From a virus: DNA of 64,000 nucleotides. Shown one piece after another: positions 27,515-37,464 of this stretch. Under the pieces are notes generated by a model. That model searched no databases. It had not been told where the DNA came from and was given only the letters and a program-made list of their open reading frames with translations. Both the position numbers and the translations under genes were made by a program. The DNA is taken from the IMG/VR virus record IMGVR_UViG_3300035670_000114, positions 22,867 to 86,866 of that record; one strand, 5' to 3'. Numbering within the stretch: position 1 is the stretch's first letter; every line of letters starts with the position of its first letter.

Positions 27515-28978
27515 ATGGACATCACGCATCCGACGAACGATCCGGCGCTGGTCAGTTACCACCGCCCAGAGCTGATGTCCCTGTTGAGTGGACTTGAGCT
27601 TGCCCTCGATTGCTGGAGCCTGCTAAGCACCGCCTCCCGTGGCTCTGAAAAGAGCAAGTATCTCCCCAAGGAGCCAGGCGAGCCCACCTCTGCCTACAAG
27701 AGCCGCCTTCACCGCTCGACCTACACGCCAATCTTCCGCGATAGCGTCAGGGCGTACGCCGGCCTCTTGAGCCGGTTTCAACTCATCGACCCTCCACCAA
27801 GTCTACTGGAGTCACAGCACGACGTCGACCTGCGCGGATCGAGTATCCACGGCTTCTCAAGTCGATGCGATGAACTCGCCATCAGGGATGCCGGCGTCTA
27901 CGTGATGGTCGACATGCCCCCGGCTGGCGGCACCAACAACTTCGTCGACGAGCTCGCCGAAGGCCGCAGGCCCTATTGCATGATTGTGGAGCGCAAGGAC
28001 GTCATTAACTGGTCGCTTCGCTACGTCAACGGCAGGGAGGTCCTCGAAAGGGTGACGGTCCGGCAACTGCGTGCCATCTCCAACTCTGACGGCTACGGCT
28101 CAACGCTTGAACCCGTCTACCTCGTAATGAGGCCCGGGTCCGTCGAGGTCTTCCGCGTCGAGAAGAGCCAGTCGGGCTGGAGAAATGTCTCCCTTGGCCC
28201 ACCGATTCAAACCAGTCTGGACTACATTCCGATTCGCTGGTACGGCCTATCGACGTCGTCCTTTGCCCAGGGCGAGCTCGCCATGAACGGCCTCGCAGAG
28301 ATGAGCATCCAGCACTTTCAGATGCGATCTGACCTGCAGGAGCTGCTGCACAAGTGCGCCATGCCGGTCCCCGTCCGAAAGGGCGCTCCGGTTGGTTCTG
28401 ATGGGCGGTCTGCGCCAATGATTATTGGCTCCAACAGCGGCATGGATCTACCCGAAAACGGCGAGTTCCTCTTTGCCGAGCCAACCGGTCGTAGTATCGA
28501 GCGCCATCAAGCCGAAATCGCCCACCTTGAGGCCTTGATGGACAGGTCTGGTCTCAACTTCCTCTACGGCGCCAACGTCAAGACGGCAACCGAGGCATCC
28601 CTTCGCGCATCCCAGATCAGCAGTCAGGTGAACTCGCTGATCAGAAACAAGGTCGCCACCATGACATGGCTTTTCCGCGTCTGGGCCGAATACGCTGGTG
28701 AGACCGATAAGTTGACGTCGGAGTCGGGCATCCAGGTCAACGACTCGCTCATCAACCGACCCATCGACCCCAGTGGTATCGCCCAAATGATCAACCTCCA
28801 CAAAGCTAGGCTATCGAGCAAGAGGGTCGTGCTTGAGGAGCTGCAGCGCGGCGGCGTGCTTGATCCCGACATGAATATCGACGACGAACTCAAGAGAATT
28901 GCCAAGGAGGAGCGCGAAGAGTCCTCGCCGCCAGGCGTCGCGCCTCAGCTCCAAGACCCCTCTACCGTGAGGCCGTAA
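27515..28978 (+). CDS. Portal protein (DUF4055-like)
   Basis: YLPKEPGE...Y..RL, RRPY, VINW, KTATE; 487 aa. Confidence 0.85.
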   Translation: MDITHPTNDPALVSYHRPELMSLLSGLELALDCWSLLSTASRGSEKSKYLPKEPGEPTSAYKSRLHRSTYTPIFRDSVRAYAGLLSRFQLIDPPPSLLESQHDVDLRGSSIHGFSSRCDELAIRDAGVYVMVDMPPAGGTNNFVDELAEGRRPYCMIVERKDVINWSLRYVNGREVLERVTVRQLRAISNSDGYGSTLEPVYLVMRPGSVEVFRVEKSQSGWRNVSLGPPIQTSLDYIPIRWYGLSTSSFAQGELAMNGLAEMSIQHFQMRSDLQELLHKCAMPVPVRKGAPVGSDGRSAPMIIGSNSGMDLPENGEFLFAEPTGRSIERHQAEIAHLEALMDRSGLNFLYGANVKTATEASLRASQISSQVNSLIRNKVATMTWLFRVWAEYAGETDKLTSESGIQVNDSLINRPIDPSGIAQMINLHKARLSSKRVVLEELQRGGVLDPDMNIDDELKRIAKEEREESSPPGVAPQLQDPSTVRP

Positions 28979-29190
28979 TGATCGTCGCCCGCTTCGAGTT
29001 CAAGGAGTCGTGCAGCGACTACTTCTGCCCCGGCCCCAACCAGACCGTCATCGAGATCCTCTTCGAGAGCCCCGAGGCCCTGGTTTCTACGGCCGAGGGG
29101 TTTGGCCCTAACCTGTCCAACTGCTTGGCCCTGGTCAATGGTAAGGTGTGTGACTTGAGAGAGATTTCGGGTCTCAGTGCATCCCCTTGA
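28978..29190 (+). CDS. Hypothetical protein
   Basis: TAATG coupling. Confidence 0.55.
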   Translation: MIVARFEFKESCSDYFCPGPNQTVIEILFESPEALVSTAEGFGPNLSNCLALVNGKVCDLREISGLSASP

Positions 29191-29536
29191 GCACGGCGAC
29201 TGCCTCTCGTCACCCGGCGGCGGCTTCGTCTATCGCATCGTGGCCCCCTGCTGTCGTCTCTTCGACCGCGAAGAGTTGCCGTGGCCCTGCTGCTCTCTGA
29301 CTTGGAGGGGAAAGCAGCCAAGCTGGAATCGGGTGGGGCGCAGACTCGTGGCCGACCTTGCTTCCTCAAGGTGCCCGAGCTATGTTGTTGAGGCTCGCGA
29401 CAGATGGGGACACCAGTGGACGCAGATTCTGACCGTCTACAATCACAGGTTGACTCCAGAGGAGCGGCAGTGGTGGGTCACCAAGAAGCCACTGGCCGGG
29501 GAGTGGCCGGAGCCCCCCTCGCAAGCCGGCCAATAA
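29177..29536 (+). CDS. Hypothetical protein
   Basis: Cys/Trp-rich ORF overlapping previous gene. Confidence 0.55.
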   Translation: MHPLEHGDCLSSPGGGFVYRIVAPCCRLFDREELPWPCCSLTWRGKQPSWNRVGRRLVADLASSRCPSYVVEARDRWGHQWTQILTVYNHRLTPEERQWWVTKKPLAGEWPEPPSQAGQ

Positions 29537-29710
29537 GGGGCATCAACTGGCCTGCCATTTTCAGTTTGAGACCCGAGCTGACGCCACCCGGCTACGCCGA
29601 GGTCGCGGCCATCATGAGGGCCAAGAGGAACCCCGCCCACCCCGGCGCCTAGGTACCTATTGCTTCATGGCGCCTGAGCTGCTACGATCTTTTGGCAACT
29701 GGAGCACTCC

Positions 29711-30211
29711 ATGAAGGACTACAAGACCAGATCAAACCGACCCCTCACCGAATTCGCCTGCGACGGCTTCGACAGGTTCGCCGAAAGCGGACGCTCCCTG
29801 CCGTACAAAAGGGTCAACGGCAACACGACCATCGAAGTCCTGCCCGAGGACACGGTCAACGGCGACAGATGCAGTGTCTTTGTCGTCTCGCTGTTCGGCA
29901 GCCCAATCTTCGAGGCCAGGAAGACCTCCGACGGCATCGACTCACTCAAGATTGCCTTCACCGACTTCTTCGACGTCTGGGGTCAGCCGACCACCACAAC
30001 GGCCGAACGCCTCAATGGCCTGCTCGATCGCGCCGGGAACCACGAGGTAATCCCGAAAAACGTGCGAGTCTTCCGCTGCAAGGCCCCGGAAGCGTCTCTT
30101 ACCTACATCGGTAGAGGCGAGGAGCGGGTGGCGGTTGGCCGTCAATATGTCAAGGCCGTTGCGATTCAGCCCGACCCGAACGACCTCAAGCTCCTCCACT
30201 CCCCGGTCTGA
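29711..30211 (+). CDS. Hypothetical protein
   Basis: TGCTACGAT upstream; TTTTAERLNGLL motif. Confidence 0.6.
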   Translation: MKDYKTRSNRPLTEFACDGFDRFAESGRSLPYKRVNGNTTIEVLPEDTVNGDRCSVFVVSLFGSPIFEARKTSDGIDSLKIAFTDFFDVWGQPTTTTAERLNGLLDRAGNHEVIPKNVRVFRCKAPEASLTYIGRGEERVAVGRQYVKAVAIQPDPNDLKLLHSPV

Positions 30212-30383
30212 CATGCAAATGAGACGCAAACCAAAGCAGTACCTGGTCGACTTCGCCGACGGCTCCAGCGAGCTGGTGCCAGCCTATTACCTGTCACACG
30301 CCAGGGCTGTTGCGGCTCACCTGTATCCATCTCGATCCATCAAATCCATCTCCTTGGCCACACAAAGGCCTCCTGGAGAATGA
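30212..30383 (+). CDS. Small hypothetical protein
   Basis: Follows previous stop; start approximate. Confidence 0.4.
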
Positions 30384-30500
30384 AGCGGCAGACTACTTCT
30401 GCTATAATCTAGCAACGAGTCTCATTTGAGCGAGGCTTCCGATCATTTCCGGCGGTTGACGTTGACCGGCTTCAGCGTCGTCGAGTTCTCTACCTCCCTC

Positions 30501-30956
30501 ATGCTCTCGAAAAAACTTCTGACCATCTTGGCCGCTATCGCGGTGGCTCCGTCTCAAGCCTTGGCGATTCAGCCAGACCTCAACTTCCCCAAACCTTTCC
30601 AGCTCAGTCCCGGCCCACACCTGCATCAGTGGACCCCACCTGGAGCAAGAGACTTCAACTCGTCTGCGCTGGTAGCCTCGGTTGCTTCCTGGTACGGCCC
30701 CGGCTTTCATGGCAGACTCACCGCCAACGGCGAGGTCTACAACTCTTGGGCAATGACCGCCGCCCACCCCTCGCTACCGTTCGGCACATTGGTCCGTGTC
30801 ACCAATCGCAACAACGGCCGAGCTGTAGTCGTTCGCATCAACGACAGAGGTCCCTTCTACGGAGGCAGAGCCATTGATCTGTCACAGGCCGCCGCCGCCG
30901 CCATCGGCATGACCGCCACCGGCGTGGCGCCGGTAAGCATTCAGGTGCTTCGATAG
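30501..30956 (+). CDS. rlpA: RlpA-like lytic transglycosylase (DPBB)
   Basis: Signal peptide; [33 protein letters not shown]. Confidence 0.93.
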   Translation: MLSKKLLTILAAIAVAPSQALAIQPDLNFPKPFQLSPGPHLHQWTPPGARDFNSSALVASVASWYGPGFHGRLTANGEVYNSWAMTAAHPSLPFGTLVRVTNRNNGRAVVVRINDRGPFYGGRAIDLSQAAAAAIGMTATGVAPVSIQVLR

Positions 30957-30971
30957 GGCGACTTACAACAG

Positions 30972-31559
30972 TTGCAACTGTTGCAACAATTGCGATTGGC
31001 TGCTACATTTGAGGATGTGGCAGCCTTTCGCGTGTCCATCAAAATTTTTCTGACTCAGGCGCAGCTTCAGCGTGCAGAGTCTGAAGCCGCAAGACGTCAG
31101 TCCTTCAACGCTGCGCGGGGAATGCGAGGTCGAAACGGTGCCCCGTCACTCGGCGCGAAGGCGATGGAGATGCACCGCATCGGCTGCATCGGCGAGATGG
31201 CGGTCGCCGCCCACCTGGGCCTTGACGAATCCATCTACTCCGACGTCAGCCCCAACAGGAAAAGAACCGACCTACCGGGGCGCATCGAGGTCAAGACTCG
31301 CGCCAAGCACCACTACGACCTGCTCGTGCAGCTCGACGACAGCGCCGACAAACTCTACGTCTTGGTCACGTACGAGGCGGGCGAGGCTCGCCTGGCTGGC
31401 TGGATCGACGGCTCAGAGGTGTCAAGCAAGGGGTCGGTGGTCGAATACGTCAGGGGACGCCCATGTCGAGCCGTGCGTCAATCAAGCCTGAACGACCCGA
31501 CCTTGTTGATCGCCGAGGTTCAGGCTAGGCTTAGCAAGGAACACTCTGGCGATTCCTGA
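30972..31559 (+). CDS. PD-(D/E)XK nuclease-like protein
   Basis: GCIGEMAVA...D...IEVKT. Confidence 0.6.
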   Translation: MQLLQQLRLAATFEDVAAFRVSIKIFLTQAQLQRAESEAARRQSFNAARGMRGRNGAPSLGAKAMEMHRIGCIGEMAVAAHLGLDESIYSDVSPNRKRTDLPGRIEVKTRAKHHYDLLVQLDDSADKLYVLVTYEAGEARLAGWIDGSEVSSKGSVVEYVRGRPCRAVRQSSLNDPTLLIAEVQARLSKEHSGDS

Positions 31560-31574
31560 TTCGCCGTCTCACCG

Positions 31575-31823
31575 ATGGACGAAAGACGCACCTGGAACAC
31601 CCCGGCCAGGGAGCCCTGGAACACCAAGATTCATTCGTTGCTCAACACGATAGACCTCCACACCAGGCTGCATTTACAGGCTAGCAACAGCGTTGACGCC
31701 GAGTTTCATGCTAGGATGGCCGAGAGCCTTAGGTCGTACGTTTCTGACCTCAAAACCTGGATTCATGCTCAGGAGCGCTTACCGAACCGTCTTGAGGCCT
31801 TAAAACATGACACCCACGCCTGA
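31575..31823 (+). CDS. Hypothetical cyanophage protein
   Basis: RTWNTP.REPWN motif. Confidence 0.6.
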   Translation: MDERRTWNTPAREPWNTKIHSLLNTIDLHTRLHLQASNSVDAEFHARMAESLRSYVSDLKTWIHAQERLPNRLEALKHDTHA

Positions 31824-32037
31824 AGATGCTTACAAAGAGCTGACAGAGCTCTATCGGAGTACGAATTTATGCGCTCCGCCTAGTCGCGAAGCGTTGCTGA
31901 GGTGGGCTGTTCACGCTGAAGAGTGGGCCACTGTCATGATTTCTCACTATGGCTGGACTTATCGTCGCGCTGAAAAAGTGGTCAACCGCTGCCGCGTGCT
32001 CCAGCCTTTGGCCCAACAGCACCAGCTACCAGGCTAG
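31807..32037 (+). CDS. Hypothetical protein
   Basis: Overlap coupling. Confidence 0.45.
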   Translation: MTPTPEDAYKELTELYRSTNLCAPPSREALLRWAVHAEEWATVMISHYGWTYRRAEKVVNRCRVLQPLAQQHQLPG

Positions 32038-32315
32038 CCGTTTTGCCCAGGATGCCCTTGCAGGTACTTGGCAGCGCTGGTGATTGAGTGCGACCTCATC
32101 GGCGCGGTGTCGCTGGTGCCTTCCGAGATCCTGACGTCGTGAGCTCCACCCCTTTCCTCGAAGAAGACGTCGTACCCCTTCTTTTGTGCCAAGTCGATCA
32201 ACTGGCGGGTGCTGCCATAATGCTTGGCTCTACTATGTATGTACAGCTTCGGCCTGCTGGTGTAGAGCAGGGAGAACGGATTGCTCGACATCGCTGCTTT
32301 CCTGATGCTTTCCAC
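32034..32315 (-). CDS. Hypothetical protein
   Basis: Convergent ORF. Confidence 0.45.
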   Translation of the reverse strand: MESIRKAAMSSNPFSLLYTSRPKLYIHSRAKHYGSTRQLIDLAQKKGYDVFFEERGGAHDVRISEGTSDTAPMRSHSITSAAKYLQGHPGQNG

Positions 32316-32329
32316 AGTCTAGCCGTCGA

Positions 32330-32476
32330 TCAAGCCTTCTTACGTCTCTTCTTCTTGGCCTTGGAAGCCTGACTGAGGGCTATGGCCACCGCTTGACCCT
32401 GCGACCTGCCCTCCTTCATCAACTTCTGAATGTTACTGGACACGGTTTTCTTGCCGTATCCTTTCTTGAGCGGCAT
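32330..32476 (-). CDS. Small basic phage protein (MPLKKG...QAVAIALS family)
   Basis: [35 protein letters not shown]; absent from ORF track; GGAATCATA upstream. Confidence 0.75.
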   Translation of the reverse strand: MPLKKGYGKKTVSSNIQKLMKEGRSQGQAVAIALSQASKAKKKRRKKA

Positions 32477-32523
32477 CGCAGTCACCCGGCTTCTACTATG
32501 ATTCCCGATAAGCGGCTTTTATC

Positions 32524-32745
32524 ATGATTCCAACTGACGACCAGGATTCCCTCGACCATGCGATGCTGATGCTTTTCACGGCGAGGTGGTCAATACCGAC
32601 CGCAGCGGCGCACCTCAGCATGAAAGCAACCGAGGAATCCTGGAGCCAACTCAAGGCACTATTCGCCGAATACTGCAAAATTCACGGCACGACCTACAAA
32701 GAAGAGCACCCCGGGAAGGATTCAAACCTTCGACCATCGGATTAG
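32524..32745 (+). CDS. Hypothetical protein (3' end antisense to tRNA)
   Basis: LF.ARWSIP.AA.H motif. Confidence 0.5.
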   Translation: MIPTDDQDSLDHAMLMLFTARWSIPTAAAHLSMKATEESWSQLKALFAEYCKIHGTTYKEEHPGKDSNLRPSD

Positions 32746-32779
32746 AAGTCCGTTGCTCTGTTCGCTGAGCTACCGGGGC
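32707..32779 (-). tRNA. tRNA-Arg (UCU)
   Basis: GCCCCGG acceptor, GCTC/GAGC D stem, CTTCTAA loop, GAAGG-TTTGAAT-CCTTC T arm; no encoded CCA. Confidence 0.85.
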
Positions 32780-32805
32780 GATTGCCTCTTGGCCATCAGA
32801 TTCTA

Positions 32806-33339
32806 CTACATTTGGCCGGGAAGCGTGTACACCAGCCTTTGCTTGATGAAGTCCAGGCTGACCGGAGCAAACCCATGGTTTTCGACGCAGGCATTAAAGT
32901 ACCTGCCGTCTGGTACGCCATCAGCCAAGACCTGACCGCGATGTAGGTGGCCATGCACGTTTGCCCGATAACTTGGCCTTGCGAGGCAGTCGGGATGGAC
33001 TGGAAAGTGCGAAAAGACGAGGCCATCCCTGTAGAAGCATCCACGCACGTCCTCGAAATACTTGCAATACTCCTTCAGTTCGTAGATGTCATGATTACCC
33101 CTCGCCAAAACCTTTCGGCCATTCAATCTCGACAGTATATCCAATCCCTTGCGCGAAAACGATACGTCGCCGAGATGGTAAACTCGATCGCGTGGAGACA
33201 CAACCGAGTTCCACTGCTCGACGATAAATTCATTCATCTCTTCGACCGAATCAAATGGTCTTAGCTTCAAATTGTTGTCCTTAGCTTCCACAATTCGCGT
33301 GTGATGGAAGTGTGTGTCTGATGTGACGAACGTCGTCAT
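32806..33339 (-). CDS. Calcineurin-like metallophosphoesterase
   Basis: SDTHF, LGDV, GNHD, SH.P, HGHLH. Confidence 0.92.
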   Translation of the reverse strand: MTTFVTSDTHFHHTRIVEAKDNNLKLRPFDSVEEMNEFIVEQWNSVVSPRDRVYHLGDVSFSRKGLDILSRLNGRKVLARGNHDIYELKEYCKYFEDVRGCFYRDGLVFSHFPVHPDCLARPSYRANVHGHLHRGQVLADGVPDGRYFNACVENHGFAPVSLDFIKQRLVYTLPGQM

Positions 33340-33392
33340 GGTTGGCTTGCGAGTAAGGTCGAGTGTAGCACGCCGTCCAGTGCGGCGGCCTC

Positions 33393-33629
33393 TTGTCTTA
33401 CCGCTTGCGCGGTGTTACCATCGCAAGACACGCCGCGAAGACCTTGATCAGCGAAGCGCCGATTCAAGCACTGCCCAAACTGTACGATTACGTCATTCAC
33501 GGCCTAATCGACGGCAAGTCGGCAACAGGCTTACTGGTTGACCACAGCAGGGATGCCGCCATACTGACAGCCAACGAGCTCTGGCCCGACATGCAGATCG
33601 TTCGAGTCGAACTCGAAGGCGACTGGTGA
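33393..33629 (+). CDS. Hypothetical protein
   Basis: Plausible ORF; start uncertain. Confidence 0.45.
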   Translation: MSYRLRGVTIARHAAKTLISEAPIQALPKLYDYVIHGLIDGKSATGLLVDHSRDAAILTANELWPDMQIVRVELEGDW

Positions 33630-33636
33630 CCCGGAC

Positions 33637-33822
33637 TCAATTCCCTCCGGCCTCCTCTCGCCCCATGGCCTCAAGCATGCGCTTCATCGCTAGCCTATCG
33701 GCCATGGCGTCCTCCTTCCAGTGCTCCGGCAGGTCAAGCGACTCCCAGGCCTTCTTTCTCGCCAGGTCCCGCCTCTGTTGAACAGAAAGCCGATTCGCCT
33801 TGTATCCGGTTTTCGCCGTCAC
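33637..33822 (-). CDS. Hypothetical protein
   Basis: GGAATCATA motif ~20 nt upstream. Confidence 0.55.
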   Translation of the reverse strand: MTAKTGYKANRLSVQQRRDLARKKAWESLDLPEHWKEDAMADRLAMKRMLEAMGREEAGGN

Positions 33823-33873
33823 GCGAGCTGGTCGTCTCGGCTTATGATTCCATCTCTACTCGTTTGTACGCAC

Positions 33874-33903
33874 AAAAGCCGCCAGTACCGAAGTATTGGC
33901 GGC
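33874..33903 (-). terminator. Rho-independent terminator
   Basis: GCCGCCAATAC-TTCG-GTACTGGCGGC-TTTT on minus strand. Confidence 0.75.
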
Positions 33904-33934
33904 CTCCTTGTTTTTGCCAATACACGTCAATACG

Positions 33935-34168
33935 TCAGGCCCTGGCTCTGTAGCTCGGCGGATTTTTGCCCTCCATCACTACAATTCTCCTGTTTTTGAC
34001 CAGGAAAGAGATGCTTTTTGCCTGCCTCTCCAGGATCATTCGACTTGTGGACTCCCCTTGGAGGTGCCATCGCGGGTTGTCGCAGGGCAGGATGTCCGAC
34101 ATCCACAAGGTAAAGGCCGGCGATCGGTCAAGCGTTGCCGCCATGAAGAAGACCTCAAACTGAGCCAA
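33935..34168 (-). CDS. Hypothetical protein
   Basis: Followed by terminator. Confidence 0.4.
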   Translation of the reverse strand: MAQFEVFFMAATLDRSPAFTLWMSDILPCDNPRWHLQGESTSRMILERQAKSISFLVKNRRIVVMEGKNPPSYRARA

Positions 34169-34268
34169 AGCCTAGCATGCCGTCAACCTGGTCGCCGTTG
34201 CATCGCTTGACACAACTCCCACTTACCAACGGGCGTACACTTGCGGTACTGCACACAAGGCTTCAGTC

Positions 34269-35192
34269 GTGAGCGAGGTCGTAGTCAAGGGCAACTGGTT
34301 CGAGCAGGATGGCGACCGCCTGCTGCTTGGCGGCTCTCACACCTGGAACAACGTGGTCTCAATGGGTGGAGTCCAGGCGCCTCTTGGCATCGGCAACGTC
34401 GAAAGGCTCTGGACCTACGAGGCGCGAGCGGTCAACACCGACTACGGCGCCCCCTGGGACACCGACGACATCAAGCGTGCCTCGCCGATCCCCTGGCGCT
34501 CAAGCAAGAAAGGCTTCGACCTCTCCTCGGTCAGCGAGGCCTACCTCACCAGGTTGAAGCAGGTCGTCAAGAGGGCTGCCCGAGCGGGCAAGATCGCCAT
34601 CGTCAACCTCTTCGAGGGCTCCCTGGCCTCCAGGAGCTGGAAATACCACGCCTTCAACCCATCCAACAACATCCAGCGCATCGGGCCCGCCGCCGCAAAC
34701 CTGGTTCACACCCGTGGACCTTGGAACAGTTATCAGTTTCGATACGCCAAGGCAGTTGTCAGGGCCTTGCGAGAGCAGGACAACGTCATCTTTGAGACCG
34801 GCAACGAGTTCCAAGGTCGGGCCTCGTCGATTCCGTTCGCCAGGGCCCTCATCAACAAGGTCTCGGGTTGGACCGACAAGCCGATTGGCGCCAGTCATAT
34901 TCCATCCACCCACTGGGGCTGGATGCGGTCGACGGGCGCCGACTGGTTTGCCCCGCAGACACCCTCTTCGATCAGGCCGGATCTCCCTGGCCCCGTGATC
35001 TGGGACGACGACCACCACTCCCCAGGCAGAAGCGTACCCCAGCAACTCCTGGATGCCCGCAGGGTTGGCATGATTCCGATCCTGATGGACTCCTACCGCA
35101 ACTCTGTGCTGTCGTTCCCGTCCTTGCGTGCCGAGCGAGACGCCATAACTGGCCTGCCACTGAGTCGACTCAATTTCAAGAAGTCTCCCTAA
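34269..35192 (+). CDS. TIM-barrel glycoside hydrolase-like protein (clan GH-A-like)
   Basis: FDL....Y..RL, NVIFETGNE. Confidence 0.6.
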   Translation: MSEVVVKGNWFEQDGDRLLLGGSHTWNNVVSMGGVQAPLGIGNVERLWTYEARAVNTDYGAPWDTDDIKRASPIPWRSSKKGFDLSSVSEAYLTRLKQVVKRAARAGKIAIVNLFEGSLASRSWKYHAFNPSNNIQRIGPAAANLVHTRGPWNSYQFRYAKAVVRALREQDNVIFETGNEFQGRASSIPFARALINKVSGWTDKPIGASHIPSTHWGWMRSTGADWFAPQTPSSIRPDLPGPVIWDDDHHSPGRSVPQQLLDARRVGMIPILMDSYRNSVLSFPSLRAERDAITGLPLSRLNFKKSP

Positions 35193-35227
35193 GGTGCTAG
35201 AATCGACAAAGCCCTCCACCTGGGACC

Positions 35228-35428
35228 ATGTCGAAGGTCAGAACACCCACCCTGTACGGAATCCGTGTAGCCTGGCGAACCACTGGGCACGAAAACGGCT
35301 TCTTTGTATTCCCTGCCACCGACCCTCCGGTCGTTGGCGACCTGCTGCAACGCGGCACCGGTGAAGCCGTTCTCCGGGTATCCGACGTCAAGGCCGATGC
35401 ACTGTCTTTGGTTGTGAGCCGCGCCTAA
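35228..35428 (+). CDS. Hypothetical protein
   Basis: TGCTAGAAT upstream. Confidence 0.5.
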   Translation: MSKVRTPTLYGIRVAWRTTGHENGFFVFPATDPPVVGDLLQRGTGEAVLRVSDVKADALSLVVSRA

Positions 35429-35433
35429 TTAGC

Positions 35434-35898
35434 ATGCTTCAGCGTCCCCTGCTACTGGGATCCTCGGACCCGGACCCCGTTCTACCGTCCGTTCACTCCC
35501 TCGCGGGGGACCGAGTCCCCGTCGCCGGTGAAATTGATCCAATAGGCCTGCATCCGGGGCTCGAACCCGGCGCGACGATGATGAGGATCATGAGGCGACT
35601 GGGAATGAGCAGGCGTCTCTGTCACTGTTATTCAGATTTTTCCTTACTGGCTCTCAATGGATCCGTTGGCCTTCACGATGACCCTGGACTCGGCTTAATC
35701 CTCAACTGGATTGTTGTTGACATCAGCCCGAGCAACATGGAGCCAGAAATAATAACCATTTCACCGAAGAATACGCAGCAAAAATACAACTTACAACTTG
35801 CCGTGGGGGACATCTTTCTGTTCGATGCCGACCAGCCTCATGCCTGGGTATCGAACGGCGAATCCATCCTCGTCCAGGTATCCGTTGACTGCAAGTAA
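35434..35898 (+). CDS. Cupin/DSBH HxD...H protein, paralog 1
   Basis: LHDDPGLGL...GDIFLFDADQPHAW. Confidence 0.65.
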   Translation: MLQRPLLLGSSDPDPVLPSVHSLAGDRVPVAGEIDPIGLHPGLEPGATMMRIMRRLGMSRRLCHCYSDFSLLALNGSVGLHDDPGLGLILNWIVVDISPSNMEPEIITISPKNTQQKYNLQLAVGDIFLFDADQPHAWVSNGESILVQVSVDCK

Positions 35899-35905
35899 CC
35901 AGCCC

Positions 35906-36496
35906 ATGAAAACCAGATTGAGCGGCAACAAGATCTACGCCGGAATCGGCGCCCGAAAGACGCCGCCAGAGATACTCTCAACCATTGAGACGTTCTCCGC
36001 CGTCATGGCCGCCGCCGGCTGGCGCCTAAGAAGCGGCGGGGCCGAGGGCGCCGACGAATCCTTCCTCAAGGGCGCCGACTACCTGCCCTTGCAGCGAGCG
36101 ATCTACCTCCCCGGCGCATCCTTCAACGGCAAGACCGCCGGCTCGGGTGGCTGTCACGACGCCACCAAGCTACCTGGCTGGAGCAAGGCCCTCGAAACCG
36201 TTGACCGCTATCACCCTCGTCCATCCGGCCTTTCCCCCTTTGCTAGGAAGCTGATGGCGAGAAACGCCATGCAGATCCTCGGCCCGTCCCTTGATTCGCC
36301 AGCAAACCTAGTGGTGGCCTGGACCCTCTGGGGGCAGGTCGTTGGCGGAACCGGCCAAGCCCTTCGTATCGCCATCGCCCACGGCATCCCCATCCTCAAC
36401 CTCGGACTACCAAAGGACCTTGAACGGGTGGAGGCAATCATCTCGGCCTGGGCCAAGAAGGTCGCCTCGCTCAGCGACCCAAAACAGACGCGATAG
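35906..36496 (+). CDS. DprA/SLOG-like protein
   Basis: YAGIGARKTP, LRSGGAEGAD, ARN, GGTGQA. Confidence 0.8.
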   Translation: MKTRLSGNKIYAGIGARKTPPEILSTIETFSAVMAAAGWRLRSGGAEGADESFLKGADYLPLQRAIYLPGASFNGKTAGSGGCHDATKLPGWSKALETVDRYHPRPSGLSPFARKLMARNAMQILGPSLDSPANLVVAWTLWGQVVGGTGQALRIAIAHGIPILNLGLPKDLERVEAIISAWAKKVASLSDPKQTR

Positions 36497-36894
36497 GCCC
36501 CCTCGAACCCCGACCAAAGTCCACCGTCCCCTCCTTGTACGCCAAGCGCCCCAGAGGCCGACTCCCGCTCCCCGACCACGGCCGAAACACTCGCGCCATC
36601 GGCGAGTCGATTTGAGAGCGGGCAAGGGAAACGGGTTCCTCCCTTCCCCACCTACCCACCTCCAGCTATCTAGCTCCTGTAGATTGCTAGTCTACTGTTC
36701 ATATATCTTCTTTTATATATAAGAACTATCTACCTATAAAACCTACTTTGGTAAAGGGGGTAGTCTGAAGGGGGAAACCCCTTTGTTGCCGAATTCCGGC
36801 ATTTCGGGGTAGTGACCCTAGTGGTAGCAAGGCTTTTCGGCGATTGCCCTTGTCAATCGCCCGTGCTAGAGTTCGCCAAGCAACCGCCCCACTG

Positions 36895-37440
36895 ATGCCG
36901 ACCCCGCTTGCCCACCACCTGCCACCACCACTGCAGGATGTACTTACCGAGCATCGAGAAGACATCGAAATCAAGGCCACCACCTACTTTCGGCGACCCG
37001 GAACTCTCTTGTCTTTGGATCACGCTTTTGTAGGCCCAAGTTTAGGAGAATGCTCTATACCGTTAGACTCGCAAATGTCACGCATATTTACTGGATTACT
37101 GGGCGCCCACGGCTATCGTTTGCGTAACTCAAGGCACATCATGCACAGTGGAGTCGCTATAATTGAAACAAGGCTAAATGTGCTTCCGCACGTCGACGCT
37201 GGCTTCGGCCTGACTGCCGCCTGGTTCATCGGCGCCATGTCGTCGACCGGAGACTGCATGCCATCATGGCTTCGGGACGGCTTCGCTGCCCTGGTCACGA
37301 AGAGCGGATACCTCAAGCTCTGTCCCGGCGACCTTTTCTTCTTCAACGCCAACAGGGAGCATGCGTGGATGTGCAACCATTACGCCTATCTCCTCGTGGC
37401 TCCCGTTACAAAGATTGACAGGTACGCCAGCCACGGCTAA
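36895..37440 (+). CDS. Cupin/DSBH HxD...H protein, paralog 2
   Basis: PHVDAGFGL...GDLFFFNANREHAW. Confidence 0.65.
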   Translation: MPTPLAHHLPPPLQDVLTEHREDIEIKATTYFRRPGTLLSLDHAFVGPSLGECSIPLDSQMSRIFTGLLGAHGYRLRNSRHIMHSGVAIIETRLNVLPHVDAGFGLTAAWFIGAMSSTGDCMPSWLRDGFAALVTKSGYLKLCPGDLFFFNANREHAWMCNHYAYLLVAPVTKIDRYASHG

Positions 37441-37464
37441 GCTGCCGCAACCCACTCGCCCCCC

